From Euglena gracilis (lineage: Eukaryota): a DNA stretch of 64,000 nt. This document shows positions 25,300 to 34,787 of this stretch, piece by piece. Positions within the stretch are counted from its first letter, which is position 1. Every line of letters starts with the position of its first letter. The position numbers and the translations under genes were made by a program. The stretch lies in NCBI GenBank assembly GCA_039621445.1, contig CP154954.1, positions 8,186,634 through 8,250,633 of the forward strand, given 5' to 3'. A model generated the notes under the pieces. That model saw only the letters and a list, made by a program, of their open reading frames with translations, was not told the origin of the DNA and did no database searches.

Positions 25300-25335
25300 C
25301 GGGGCCGTCCAGGTCCTGAGGGGAAGGGCCTGGAC
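25294..25335 (+). promoter_or_regulatory. Putative stop-codon readthrough signal (CAA-TGA-CGG plus stem-loop)
   Basis: The gag stop TGA (25297-25299) is in the pol frame with no further stop before pol; GTCCAGGTCCT (25307-25317) pairs with AGGGCCTGGAC (25325-25335). Confidence 0.75.
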
Positions 25336-28300
25336 CGGCAGTCAACCCCCCAGCCGACATCCGCACCAGGGACGAGGCTGGTAAGAGCGGTAGAGTATGA
25401 AGAAGAAGGATGGCGGCTGGTCCAAAGAAAGAGAAGAGGCAGGAAGTCTCCAAAGGAAGGGGAGAGACCCTGCCTGCGGCAGGTGTCGAAGGCGAAGCCG
25501 ACACCATCGTCCCCATCAACATCACCGAGCGTGCCGAAGGCGAAGGTGACATCATCGACCTCATCAACGCCGACGGCATCGGCAACGAAGACATCATCGA
25601 CTACATCAACGCCGACGGCATCGGCAACGAAGACAGCATCGAGATCGAGTCTACCAAGATCCACGTCATCGCCATCAACAACACCGACAACATCATCACC
25701 GAAGGTATCACCAAGTCTCCACAAGACACCACCACAAGAAAGACAAGCACCGGCGAAGGAGGTGAAGAAAGCACCGGCGAAGAAGGAGAAGAAAGAGCCG
25801 GTGAAGAAGGCGGCGAAGGAAGAGAAGGAAAGATGGGCGCTGGACCTGTTCTCCGGAACGGGCAGTGTCAGAAGAGCGCTGGAGAAGATGGGCTTCAAGG
25901 TGATCAGCGTGGACTGGGACGAGAAGTGGAAGCCGGACATCGTGGCCGACGTGAGGAAGTGGAGGTACTGGGAGCAGTACGCTCCCGGCTACTTCGAGGT
26001 CATCGCGGCGTCCCCGCCCTGTACCGAGTACTCCGCAGCCCTCACCACCCGCAAGAGGAGGCTCCGCATGGCGGACGCGGTGGTGAAGGCCACGAGGGAG
26101 CTGGTGGAGTACTTGGCGCCTACGCGGTGGTGGATTGAAAACCCGAGGTTCGGCTTGCTGCGGTGGCGACGAGTCCTGCGCGGAGTGCGGTACGTGGATA
26201 TCGACTACTGCCGCTTCGCGGAGTACGGGTATCGCAAGCCGACCCGCTTCTGGGTCAGCGACGCGATGGCGAAGGAGCTGGACGACGTCATCTGTGGTGG
26301 GAAGTGCGGCAGCATGGTGGAAGGACCAGACGGCGTACGACGACATCGGCTACAGCTGGGAGGCAGTGGCGGCGAGCGCAGGTGCACAAGGGAGGAGGCC
26401 TACCGCATCCCGGAGGGAGTGGTGCGGTACCTGTGCCTGGGGGAGAAGGCACGGGAAGAAGTGGCGGCGGCGGAGGAGGCGAAGAAGGTGCGGAAGGTGG
26501 TGGTGCGGCCGTGGCAGCACCTCCCGAACCGGCCGTTCACGGTCGGCCGGATGGAGCACCGTGGGGGGTGCTACCAGCTGCTGATGGACGTGGAGGTGGA
26601 GGCAGGCGGGATGAAGATCCAGGCGAAGGCCTTGATCGATACGGGGGCGCAGACCTCCCTCGTGAAGAAGGAGCTGTTCCCGGAGTCGGTGTTCCACGCG
26701 GCAACAAGACCCTTGGTGCTGCGCACGGTGAGCGGAGAAGCACTACCCGGAGGACAACGAGAAGCAGAGCTGAAGCTGTCCTTCGCGGCCCAGACCGACG
26801 ACGAGGAGCGGAGACCGAGGACGTGGACGACGAAGGTGGTGGCGTACGACGGCTGCATCAGCACGGATCTGATCCTGGGGTATCCATGGCTCCGGGAGAA
26901 CCGGCTGGATGTCCAGCCATGGCGCGACACCTTGCAGCTCCACGCGGACCCCAAGTGGATCCTGAGGCGGCGTGGAGACGAAGAGAAGAAGGAGGAAGAT
27001 GATGATGAAGACGAAGACGAGCTGGACGGCTACCTCTCCACGGTGAAGAAGATGCGGCAGCTGACCACGGACGAGGCAGCAGTCCGAGAAGTGGCGATGA
27101 TGCTGAAGGAGGCCGAAGAAGCGGCGAAGGCGGTGCGAGGGGTGGTGGAGACGGAAGATGATGTCGACCATCCCTTGGCGCGGCAGCTGCGGGACGAGAT
27201 CATCAACGAGTTCGAAGGCCGGGTGTTCCGTGAGCGGGTCTGGCCGTGTCCCCCGGCGCGGGGCACCCATGGGAAGGCAGTGCTGAGGCTGAAGCCGGGA
27301 GCAACCCCCGGTGGTGGGCCGGATCATCAACCTCAAGGGCGAGCGGCTGGAGGCCCTGAGGGAGATGGAGCGGGAGTGCCTGGCGGACGGCAAGCTGGAG
27401 GCGGGGCGGGGGCCGTGGAGGGCGGCCGCCTTCCCCATCCGCAAGAAGTCGGGCAAGTGGAGGCTGGTGTGCGACTACAGCTTGACCAACAAGATGCTGC
27501 AGATGGACTCCTACCCCCTACCGCTGACGGAGGACATCGTGAGCGAGCAGGCGAAGTGCGAGATCTTCTCGACGGTGGACCTGCGGGACGCCTTCCACCA
27601 GGTGGCCATGGCGGAGGAAAGCCGACCCATCACCAACATCCACCTGCCCGGCGGCCTCTGGCAGTGGACCGTGGTGCCCCAGGGCATCAACGTCGGTCCG
27701 GCGCTGCTCCAGAGGGACATCGACGCGACCTGCCGCAACGTCTCCGCCCACACCCACCCCTACTTCGACGACATCCTGGTGAGCACGAGCGGCTGCCGGG
27801 GTGGAGCGACTATGTGCTGATCTGGCAGCACGCGCGGGATGTGGGGGAGACCATGCGGGCGCTGGAGGCGGATCGGTGGGTGGCGGACAAGAAGAAGGCG
27901 CAGCTGTTCCGCAAGAGGGCGGAGTTCGTGGGGCACGTGCTGGGGGAGGGCAAGCGCGTGCCCGCGAGCGGCAAGCTGGCGGCGGTGCAGCGGTGGCAAC
28001 CCCCGGCCAATGTGACGAGTTTGCGCGCCTTTCTCGGCCTCTGCAATTATTATTCGGGGTATGTACGTATGTACTCGGAGCTGGCCGCCCCCCTGCAGGA
28101 GAAGCTGAAGCTACCGCGGGATTTGTCCCGGGCGGGCAGCAAGCACCCCATCGTGTGGTCCGCGGCCGAGCTGGAGGCGTTCGAGAAGCTGAAGGCAGCG
28201 CTGGTGGCGGACCTGGAGCTGTGGCACGTGGACATGAACAAGCCGTTCGTGTTGCGCACGGACGCCTCTGACTATGCGGTGGGCGCCGTGCTGGAGCAGC

Positions 28301-31300
28301 TGCCGAAGGTGGAGGGCATCCCCTCGGTGGAGGAGCTCCTGAAGCCCGGGGCGTCGGTGGCGGTGGGCTTCATGAGCAGGAAGCTGACGGAGGGGCAGCG
28401 GCTGCGGTGGGACACCCGGGACAAGGAGACGTACGCGGTGGTGAGCGCGCTGGACAAGTGGGGCGGCTACATCACCGGGCAGAAGGTCCTGGTGCTGACG
28501 GACCACCGGTCCTTGGAGAGCTGGTACAAGGAGCACGTCGCCCGAGGAGCGGGACCGCAGGGCCGGCGGGCGAGGTGGCACTCCAAGCTCAACGAGCACA
28601 TGGTGGAGGTGGTGTACGTGCCGGGGGAGAAGAACGAGGTGGGGGACGCGCTGTCGCGGTGGGCGTACCCGGCCAGCCAGGAGTACCGAGACTCCTGCTG
28701 GCACGGGACGGCAGCGGACGCCGAGGAGATGGAGCAGCAGATCCGAGAGGAGAAGGCCGCGGAGCGCAGCTGCCCGAAGGCAGTACACCCGGTGGATAAG
28801 GTGTGCCCCCTCCCGACCGCAAATGCGGCATCCCCATCGCCGCCAGCCGGGACACCGGCAACCACGGCGGCATCGGCCGGGACACCGGCCTCCGAGGCGG
28901 CGCCCGCCGGGATTCCGGCAGCCGGAAGTCCGGCAATCCGACCGCCGCCCCCCACGCACCCCACCGCGCCGGCTGCGACTGCAGCACCGACCGTGCGAGT
29001 GCCCAGTGCGACAGCGCTGGCATCGCCCGGGCAGCCCGAGCAGCCGCAGCACCCGGCGTTGTCCGCGCAGCCCAAGCAGCAGCAGCAGCCCGCCACACCA
29101 CGCACCGTGCGGTTTTCCGTACGGCCAGCAGCGGCACCGGCAGCAGCACCCGCCGTGCGATCCCCGTCCGCCGAGCAAGCATCGTCCCCGCCCGCGGCCA
29201 GCGCACGCAGCATCCCACCGTCCGCAGCGATCGCCGTGACAACCCGAAGCCAGGCGGCCGCCAAGCCGCCCGGTGCCGCCGTCCCGAAGAAGCCAGCCGG
29301 CCCACCCAAGGTGGGGGGGCACCCCAGCCCTCCCGCCGTGCCGCCAGTGGCAGCCGCCGTGCCGCCTGTGGCGGCCGCCGTGCCGCCAGCTGCAGCCACC
29401 CCGGCCGCAGCCCCGCAAGACGAGGACCAGGACCTGATGGCGATGGACTGGAGTGAGGCGTATGAGAAGTGCCCAACGTTCAAAGAGCCGTGGCAGGCCA
29501 TCAAGCGCGGCCGGCCATGGCCCACCGGCTACCGGAAGGAGGCAGGCAAGCTGGTGAAGGATTCCGTCTGGTGCGTGCCGGATGCCCTGACCGAGCGGGC
29601 AATCCGAGAGCAGCACCGGGCGTCGGGGCACGTCGGTGGTGAGCGCCTCCTCGATGAGGCCAGCCGGAACTTCCAGTTTGCGGTGCCCTCCCGAGCACGC
29701 GAGCTGGCGGGCAAGATTCTGGCGGTGTGCGAGTTCTGCCAGGCGTCGGAGCACCCACACCAACCCCTCCGGCTCCGCATCACGCCCACGCCAGTGCCGC
29801 CCCATGTGATGTGTTCGGTGAGCGTGGATCTGTTCCAGATGCCGGAGGTGGAGGTGGAGGGCGGCAAGCTGGTGAACGTGTTCGCAGCATGCATCGATCG
29901 GCACTCCGGCTGGGCGATCGCAACCGTGCACCACACCCGCGGGCTAACGGCGGAGGCGGTGGCTAAGGCTATGTATGAGCAGTGGGCGCAGTTCGGCGTG
30001 CCAAGCGTCATCACGTCGGACCGGGGCCCCCACTTCGTGGGGGCCTGGTGGAGGGCAATGTGCGCAAGACTGGGGGTGCGCCATGCCTTCTCCCAAGCAT
30101 ACCACCACGAAGGTAACGCCCGTGCGGAGGTCCTCGGCGCGCAGATCCAGAAGCGGCTGAGGAAGATGAAGGCGGCGGAGGGCGTGGAGTGGCCGGAGGC
30201 GCTGCCGCGGGCCCTGCGGACCCTGCACGACAGTGCTGGGCCCAGCGGCCTGAGCCCCTTCCAGGTGCTCTTCGGCCGCGAGCGGTGGTATGGCGGGGTG
30301 CCGTACCAGCCGCCCACGCGGGCCGAGGACGCGGTGGCCTTCTTCGAGCGCATGCAGGACATCGATCATCGTGTTGCGAAGATCCTGAACGAGGAGCACG
30401 CCAAGACAGCCGAGGCGGTCAACAAGCGGAGGAAAGAGCTGCCGGAGCTGGAGATCAACGACAAGGTCTGGTATCTCCGCCCGCGCACCCGCACCGGCGA
30501 GAAGCTGGAGACGTACTGGATCGGGCCGTGCGTGGTGGCAGAGCGCACCAGTGAGCACACGTACGTGCTCCAGATGGAGGATGGCCGGAAGCAGGTGGCC
30601 CACCGATCCCAAATCAAGAGCTACCGCCACGATCCAGCCCTCATGGGGCCACCGCTCCGTCTCTTCCACTTCCGCCAATCCAGGCCGGAGGAGGGTTCCC
30701 GGCTGGACGAGTGGGAGGTGGAGGCGGTGGTCACCCACCGGCGCGATGCCAACGGCGACCTCGAGTTCCTCGTCAAGTGGCTGGGGTACGAGGAGAAGAC
30801 GTGGGAGCCGCTGCGGCACTTCTTCCACCGGTACGCCTCCCCCATCGTGTCGTACTTCGTCGAACACGACATCAAGGAGGACATCATGAAGTACCTTTCG
30901 AGGTTCCCGGAGGAAGCCCACATCGCCATCTGCCACGCCGTGGAGATCGAGAAGGAGAAGGAGAAGGAGTTTGGGCTGTCCTGGGAGGAGCCACCAGAGG
31001 AGTGGATGTGGCAGGACCCCGAGGACGGAGATGTATGTCGAGAAGGTGATGATTCTGCTGGAGACGATGATGAAGGTGATGGAGGAGACGAAGGAGATCG
31101 AGACCAAGAAGACGGAGGAGATGCTGGCCCGGCGGGTCCCCAACAAGCGGCCCACCCCAGGTACCCGGTCAGGGTCCACCGGCAGCCCGCGAGCGGCAAG
31201 CGCCCCGTCTCCGTGCGATCCGCGTCTGCGAGGGATGCGCTCTCCCGCGCTTCCCTTGCCCCAGCTCCACCGTCCACCACCCCATCACTCCCCATGTCAC

Positions 31301-31716
31301 ACGCGTACCCACCCCGCAGTCCAGGCGTACCTCAGAGACCCGGTCCCCGAGTCTCCCCTGCCCCCACGGGTAGAGGTCGCCGCCCCCGCGTGTCGACCCG
31401 CAGGGACGCCCCAGCTCGGGATCCCCCCCTCCCACCAGGGGGCCCCGTTCCCGTGCACCCCCATGACCCGTCCCTGCGGCGAGGGGGCACCACCACCGGA
31501 GGCGTGCCCCTGCATGGCCACGGTGCGACCCGGCCCTTCCTTCCCAACAAGGAGGCCACCCCTGCCCCCTGCCCACACCCCATGGGGAAATGGAAAAGGC
31601 CTGGCGTCAACCTGGGATTTTCTCCATGGTGGTCGTGTTCCAGTTCATCTTTCTGTTCCTTCCCCTCGCCTTCGACGCTCAGGACAGGCAGCTGGCAGCG
31701 CGCGCGCAGGAGCTGA
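25300..31716 (+). CDS. pol: Pol polyprotein: C5-DNMT, aspartic protease, RT, RNase H, integrase, chromodomain
   Basis: DNMT 25834-26440; protease LIDTGA (DTG 26638-26646) and DLILG; RT in the +1 frame ~27310-27787 (KWRLVCDY, DLRDAFHQ, YFDD 27761-27772); RNase H TDASDYAVGAVL...TDHRSL...NEVGDALSR ~28243-28660; integrase HHCC, SVDLF, TSDRG, AE and GPC ~29600-30560; chromodomain WEVEAVVTHR...FLVKWLGYEEKTWEP 30712-30822. Confidence 0.93.
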   Translation, partial: RGRPGPEGKGLDRQSTPQPTSAPGTRLVRAVEYEEEGWRLVQRKRRGRKSPKEGERPCLRQVSKAKPTPSSPSTSPSVPKAKVTSSTSSTPTASATKTSSTTSTPTASATKTASRSSLPRSTSSPSTTPTTSSPKVSPSLHKTPPQERQAPAKEVKKAPAKKEKKEPVKKAAKEEKERWALDLFSGTGSVRRALEKMGFKVISVDWDEKWKPDIVADVRKWRYWEQYAPGYFEVIAASPPCTEYSAALTTRKRRLRMADAVVKATRELVEYLAPTRWWIENPRFGLLRWRRVLRGVRYVDIDYCRFAEYGYRKPTRFWVSDAMAKELDDVICGGKCGSMVEGPDGVRRHRLQLGGSGGERRCTREEAYRIPEGVVRYLCLGEKAREEVAAAEEAKKVRKVVVRPWQHLPNRPFTVGRMEHRGGCYQLLMDVEVEAGGMKIQAKALIDTGAQTSLVKKELFPESVFHAATRPLVLRTVSGEALPGGQREAELKLSFAAQTDDEERRPRTWTTKVVAYDGCISTDLILGYPWLRENRLDVQPWRDTLQLHADPKWILRRRGDEEKKEEDDDEDEDELDGYLSTVKKMRQLTTDEAAVREVAMMLKEAEEAAKAVRGVVETEDDVDHPLARQLRDEIINEFEGRVFRERVWPCPPARGTHGKAVLRLKPGATPGGGPDHQPQGRAAGGPEGDGAGVPGGRQAGGGAGAVEGGRLPHPQEVGQVEAGVRLQLDQQDAADGLLPPTADGGHRERAGEVRDLLDGGPAGRLPPGGHGGGKPTHHQHPPARRPLAVDRGAPGHQRRSGAAPEGHRRDLPQRLRPHPPLLRRHPGEHERLPGWSDYVLIWQHARDVGETMRALEADRWVADKKKAQLFRKRAEFVGHVLGEGKRVPASGKLAAVQRWQPPANVTSLRAFLGLCNYYSGYVRMYSELAAPLQEKLKLPRDLSRAGSKHPIVWSAAELEAFEKLKAALVADLELWHVDMNKPFVLRTDASDYAVGAVLEQLPKVEGIPSVEELLKPGASVAVGFMSRKLTEGQRLRWDTRDKETYAVVSALDKWGGYITGQKVLVLTDHRSLESWYKEHVARGAGPQGRRARWHSKLNEHMVEVVYVPGEKNEVGDALSRWAYPASQEYRDSCWHGTAADAEEMEQQIREEKAAERSCPKAVHPVDKVCPLPTANAASPSPPAGTPATTAASAGTPASEAAPAGIPAAGSPAIRPPPPTHPTAPAATAAPTVRVPSATALASPGQPEQPQHPALSAQPKQQQQPATPRTVRFSVRPAAAPAAAPAVRSPSAEQASSPPAASARSIPPSAAIAVTTRSQAAAKPPGAAVPKKPAGPPKVGGHPSPPAVPPVAAAVPPVAAAVPPAAATPAAAPQDEDQDLMAMDWSEAYEKCPTFKEPWQAIKRGRPWPTGYRKEAGKLVKDSVWCVPDALTERAIREQHRASGHVGGERLLDEASRNFQFAVPSRARELAGKILAVCEFCQASEHPHQPLRLRITPTPVPPHVMCSVSVDLFQMPEVEVEGGKLVNVFAACIDRHSGWAIATVHHTRGLTAEAVAKAMYEQWAQFGVPSVITSDRGPHFVGAWWRAMCARLGVRHAFSQAYHHEGNARAEVLGAQIQKRLRKMKAAEGVEWPEALPRALRTLHDSAGPSGLSPFQVLFGRERWYGGVPYQPPTRAEDAVAFFERMQDIDHRVAKILNEEHAKTAEAVNKRRKELPELEINDKVWYLRPRTRTGEKLETYWIGPCVVAERTSEHTYVLQMEDGRKQVAHRSQIKSYRHDPALMGPPLRLFHFRQSRPEEGSRLDEWEVEAVVTHRRDANGDLEFLVKWLGYEEKTWEPLRHFFHRYASPIVSYFVEHDIKEDIMKYLSRFPEEAHIAICHAVEIEKEKEKEFGLSWEEPPEEWMWQDPEDGDVCREGDDSAGDDDEGDGGDEGDRDQEDGGDAGPAGPQQAAHPRYPVRVHRQPASGKRPVSVRSASARDALSRASLAPAPPSTTPSLPMSHAYPPRSPGVPQRPGPRVSPAPTGRGRRPRVSTRRDAPARDPPLPPGGPVPVHPHDPSLRRGGTTTGGVPLHGHGATRPFLPNKEATPAPCPHPMGKWKRPGVNLGFSPWWSCSSSSFCSFPSPSTLRTGSWQRARRS
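25834..26440 (+). CDS. C5-cytosine DNA methyltransferase domain within Pol
   Basis: Motif I LDLFSGTG, motif IV SPPC with catalytic Cys (26011-26022), motif VI ENP (26137-26145), motif VIII-like DYC...YRKPTRFW, motif X-like YRIP; all in canonical order and intact. Confidence 0.92.
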
Positions 31717-32089
31717 GCTGTCGTCGTGAGGAGATGCGGTGACGTCGGCGGCAGCTGGCTCACCCCCTACTGACCTGATGGATACTGTGGAGGCTCTCAC
31801 CCACCAACCCAACCTCTTACTGGTGTGCCACCCCTCCCCTCTCTTCCCCAACCAAGGCTGAGCCACGGTGAGCCCGGCCGAGGCCGAGCCAGGAGAAGGG
31901 AGACCGGAGAGAGCCCAGAGAGGAGAGAGAGAGGAGAGGAGGAGAGCGACGAAGCACGGGGGCGAAAGCCCCGGGGAGAGGCGAGCAAAGAAGGAGCGGA
32001 AAGGAGAAAGAAAGGGGACCCAAGGGGGGAAACCCAACCGACCCCGGGGGGAAAGGGGGCCCGGAGGGGACCCAGGGAAGAAGACCCAG

Positions 32090-33830
32090 GAGGGCCAGCA
32101 AAAAAAAAAAGCGGCCGGGGGGCCGCGCCCACACCCGGGGGGGGGGGGCCAAGAGCGGCCCGGGGGGCCGCCCAGACCCCAAAGGGGGGGGGGGGGCGCA
32201 AAAAGCGGCCCAGGGGGGCCGCCCAGACCCCGGGGGGGGCCGAAAAGCGGCCCCAAGGGGGGGCCGCCCAGACCCGGGGGGGGGGGGGGGAAAAAAGCGG
32301 CCCAGGGGGGGCCGCCCAGACCCAGGGGGGGGGGGGGCGCCGAAAAAGAGCGGCCCAGGGGGGGCCGCCAACGACCCCGGGGGGGGGGGGGGCGCCGAAA
32401 AAAGCGGCCCAGGGGGGCCGCCCAGACCCCAGGGGGGGGGGGGACGAAAGGGGGGGGGGGGGGGGGGGGAAAAAAAAGGGCCTAGGGGGGGCCGCCCAGA
32501 CCCCAGGGGGGGGGGGCGCGAAAAGCGGCCCAGGGGGGCCGCCCAGACCCCAGGGGGGGGGGGCGCCGAAAAGCGGCCCAGGGGGGCCGCCCAAGACCCA
32601 GGGGGGGGGGGGGCACGCACGGCCCAGGGGGGCCGGCAAAAAAAAAAGCGGCCGGGGGGCCGCGCCCACACCCGGGGGGGGGGACCCAAGAGCGGCCAGG
32701 GGGGGCCGCCCACGACCCCAGGGGGGGGGGGGGCGCCGAAAAAGCGGCCCAGGGGGGCCGCCCAGACCCCAGGGGGGGGGGGGGGCGCCGAAAAGCGGCC
32801 CAGGGGGGCCGCCCAAGCCCCCCGGGGGGGGGGGCACGCACGGCCCAGGGGGGCCGGCAAAAAAAAAAAGCGGGCGGGGGGGGGGCCGCGCCCACACCCG
32901 GGGGGGGGGGGCCGAAAAGCGGCCCAGGGGGGCCGCCCACGACCCCAGGGGGGGGGGGGCGCCGAAAAGCGGCCCAGGGGGGCCGCCCAGACCCCAGGGG
33001 GGGGGGGCCGCCGAAAAGCGGCCCAGGGGGGGCCGCCCAAGACCCCCCGGGGGGGGGGGGCACGCACGGCCCAGGGGGGCCGGCAAAAAAAAAAAAAAGC
33101 GGCCAGGGGGGCCGCGCCCCCACCCGGGGGGGGGGGAACCGAAGAGCGGCCCAGGGGGGCCGCCCACGACCCCAGAGGGGGGGGGGGGCGCCGAAAAGCG
33201 GCCCAGGGGGGCCGCCCAGACCCGGGGGGGGGGCGGGGAAAAGCGGCCCAGGGGGGCCGCCCAGACGGGGGGGGGGGGCGCCGAAAAGCGGCCCAGGGGG
33301 GCCGCCCAAACCCCAGGGGGGGGGGGGGCGCCGAAAAGCGGCCCAGGGGGCGCCTGCCGACCCCAGGGGGGGGGGGACCCCAAAAAAACGGCCCAGGGGG
33401 GCCGCCCAGACCCCAGGGGTGGGGGGCGCCGAAAGAACGGCCCAGGGGGGCCGCCCAGACCCCACGGGGGGGGGGGGGGGCCAAAACGCGCCCCAGGGGG
33501 GCCGCCCAGCCCCCAGGGGGGGGGGGCGCCGAAAAGCGGCCCAGGGGGGCCCCCCCCCCCCCAGGGGGGGGGGCCGAAAAGCGGCCCAGGGGGGCCGCCC
33601 AGACCCCAGGGGGGGGGGGGGCGCCGAAAAGCGGCCCAGGGGGGCCGCCCACGACCCCGGGGGGGGGGGGGGGCGCCGAAAAGCGGCCCGGGGGGGCCGC
33701 CCAGACCCCAGGGGGGGGGGCGCCGAAAAGCGGCCCAGGGGGGCCGCCCAAGACCCACCCGGTGGGGGGGCACGCACGGCCCAGGGGGGCCGGCAAAAAA
33801 AAAAAAAGAGGCCAAGGGGACCGCCAGCCC
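32090..33830. repeat. G/C-rich degenerate tandem array inside the LTR element (~40-50 bp unit with higher-order variants)
   Basis: Recurring GGCGCCGAAAAGCGGCCCAGGGGGGCCGCCCAGACCCCAG(G)n with periodic GCACGCACGGCCCAGG...GGCAAAAAAAA variants. Confidence 0.9.
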
Positions 33831-34137
33831 AAAAAGGGGCAACCGAACCCAGACAAGACCACCCACCAAGGAGAGCCAAGGAGAGCCAAAGCCCGAGCCC
33901 AGCCAATTCCTGGGGCCAGCCCGCAAGGCCGGACGACGTCAGCAGCGACGCTCACCGAAAGCCTGCGGAGCACGGCCAGGGATTGGCTGGCGTCCACCCC
34001 CACCCGGACCACAGGAGCCCGCCCGCAGCCGGCACGCCAGGCAGCGGCGCAACGAAGGACCGGGGAGCCCCGGCCAGGCTCCTGTGGCAGGGGGGCGAGA
34101 GAGGCAGCGGCCAGGCCCGGCAGCCGGAGGCAAGGCC

Positions 34138-34149
34138 GAGGAAGGGGAG
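34138..34149 (+). promoter_or_regulatory. Polypurine tract
   Basis: GAGGAAGGGGAG immediately 5' of the 3' LTR. Confidence 0.85.
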
Positions 34150-34787
34150 AGTTGGCGGACCGGCCGCTGCACATTCCATTGCCACTATTACAGCCTGCTG
34201 TTGTATATAGCGAACCACTGTGCTAATTCATCATCAAAATAGCGCAAACCGCTCTCTAACTGTTCTGTTTTTCACTGCAGGCTCCCTCTTTTTACCCATG
34301 GTTTCAATTCAAGATTGTGCCTGCTGAATCAAGACCAAGGTCAAATTATATCAATCTTCAAGGATTTTCAAGGCAATTCAAAGAAAGGCACTGGAGCCAA
34401 GGAAGTGCAAAAGTTCAAGAAAGTCGAAAATCCAAGGGCGGAGCAAGCAAAGAATTACAAAAAAGATTGGTTATCTGCTGGCGCAGGAGAGCAGTACAAG
34501 CCAAAAAGGTGTTGGTGCTGGGGTATCTGAAGCCTAGGGGAGGGTAACCAGGCCTTTTCCTAAACCCCCCCACTGCCGGAAGGGACGCCAAGCCGGACTC
34601 CCCCCTCCAACCACTCCCGAAAAAGGAGGGCCTTCGGTCCCCGGGAAAAAATCCTACGTGGGAAGGGGAGTATCCCGAACCTACCCCTCTCCCCAGAGCC
34701 CATCGCGCCCACCCCCCACCCCGCCGGTACCCCCTCACGGACCCCCGGGAGTGAAGGCTGGGCAAAAACAACATCGTTCGGGAAACT
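34150..34787 (+). repeat. 3' LTR (638 bp)
   Basis: Direct repeat of 20873-21510, followed by TSD CTTG. Confidence 0.95.

Larger units (their letters stand above)
20873..34787 (+). mobile_element. Full-length Ty3/Gypsy LTR retrotransposon encoding a C5 DNA methyltransferase and a chromodomain
   Basis: Two 638-bp LTRs, TSD CTTG (20869-20872 and 34788-34791), PBS, PPT, gag, and pol with order DNMT-PR-RT-RH-IN-chromodomain. Confidence 0.97.

Noticed and set aside
25410-26138. Overlapping 242-aa ORF with DIIDxINADGIG repeats
   Set aside because: Shadow frame of the Ser/Thr/Pro linker; the frame that continues into the DNMT motifs is the real one.
25834-26440. DNMT as part of a bacterial restriction-modification system or contamination
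   Set aside because: It is in frame within Pol, shares the element's codon style, lies between LTRs with a TSD, and has no cognate nuclease.
21700-31600. Many antisense ORFs across gag and pol
   Set aside because: Expected from GC3-rich codon bias; no independent motifs.
31797-34242. Long ORFs of 474-805 aa on both strands as an env-like third gene
   Set aside because: They arise from a stop-free G/C tandem array; Gly/Pro/Arg low complexity with no domain signature.
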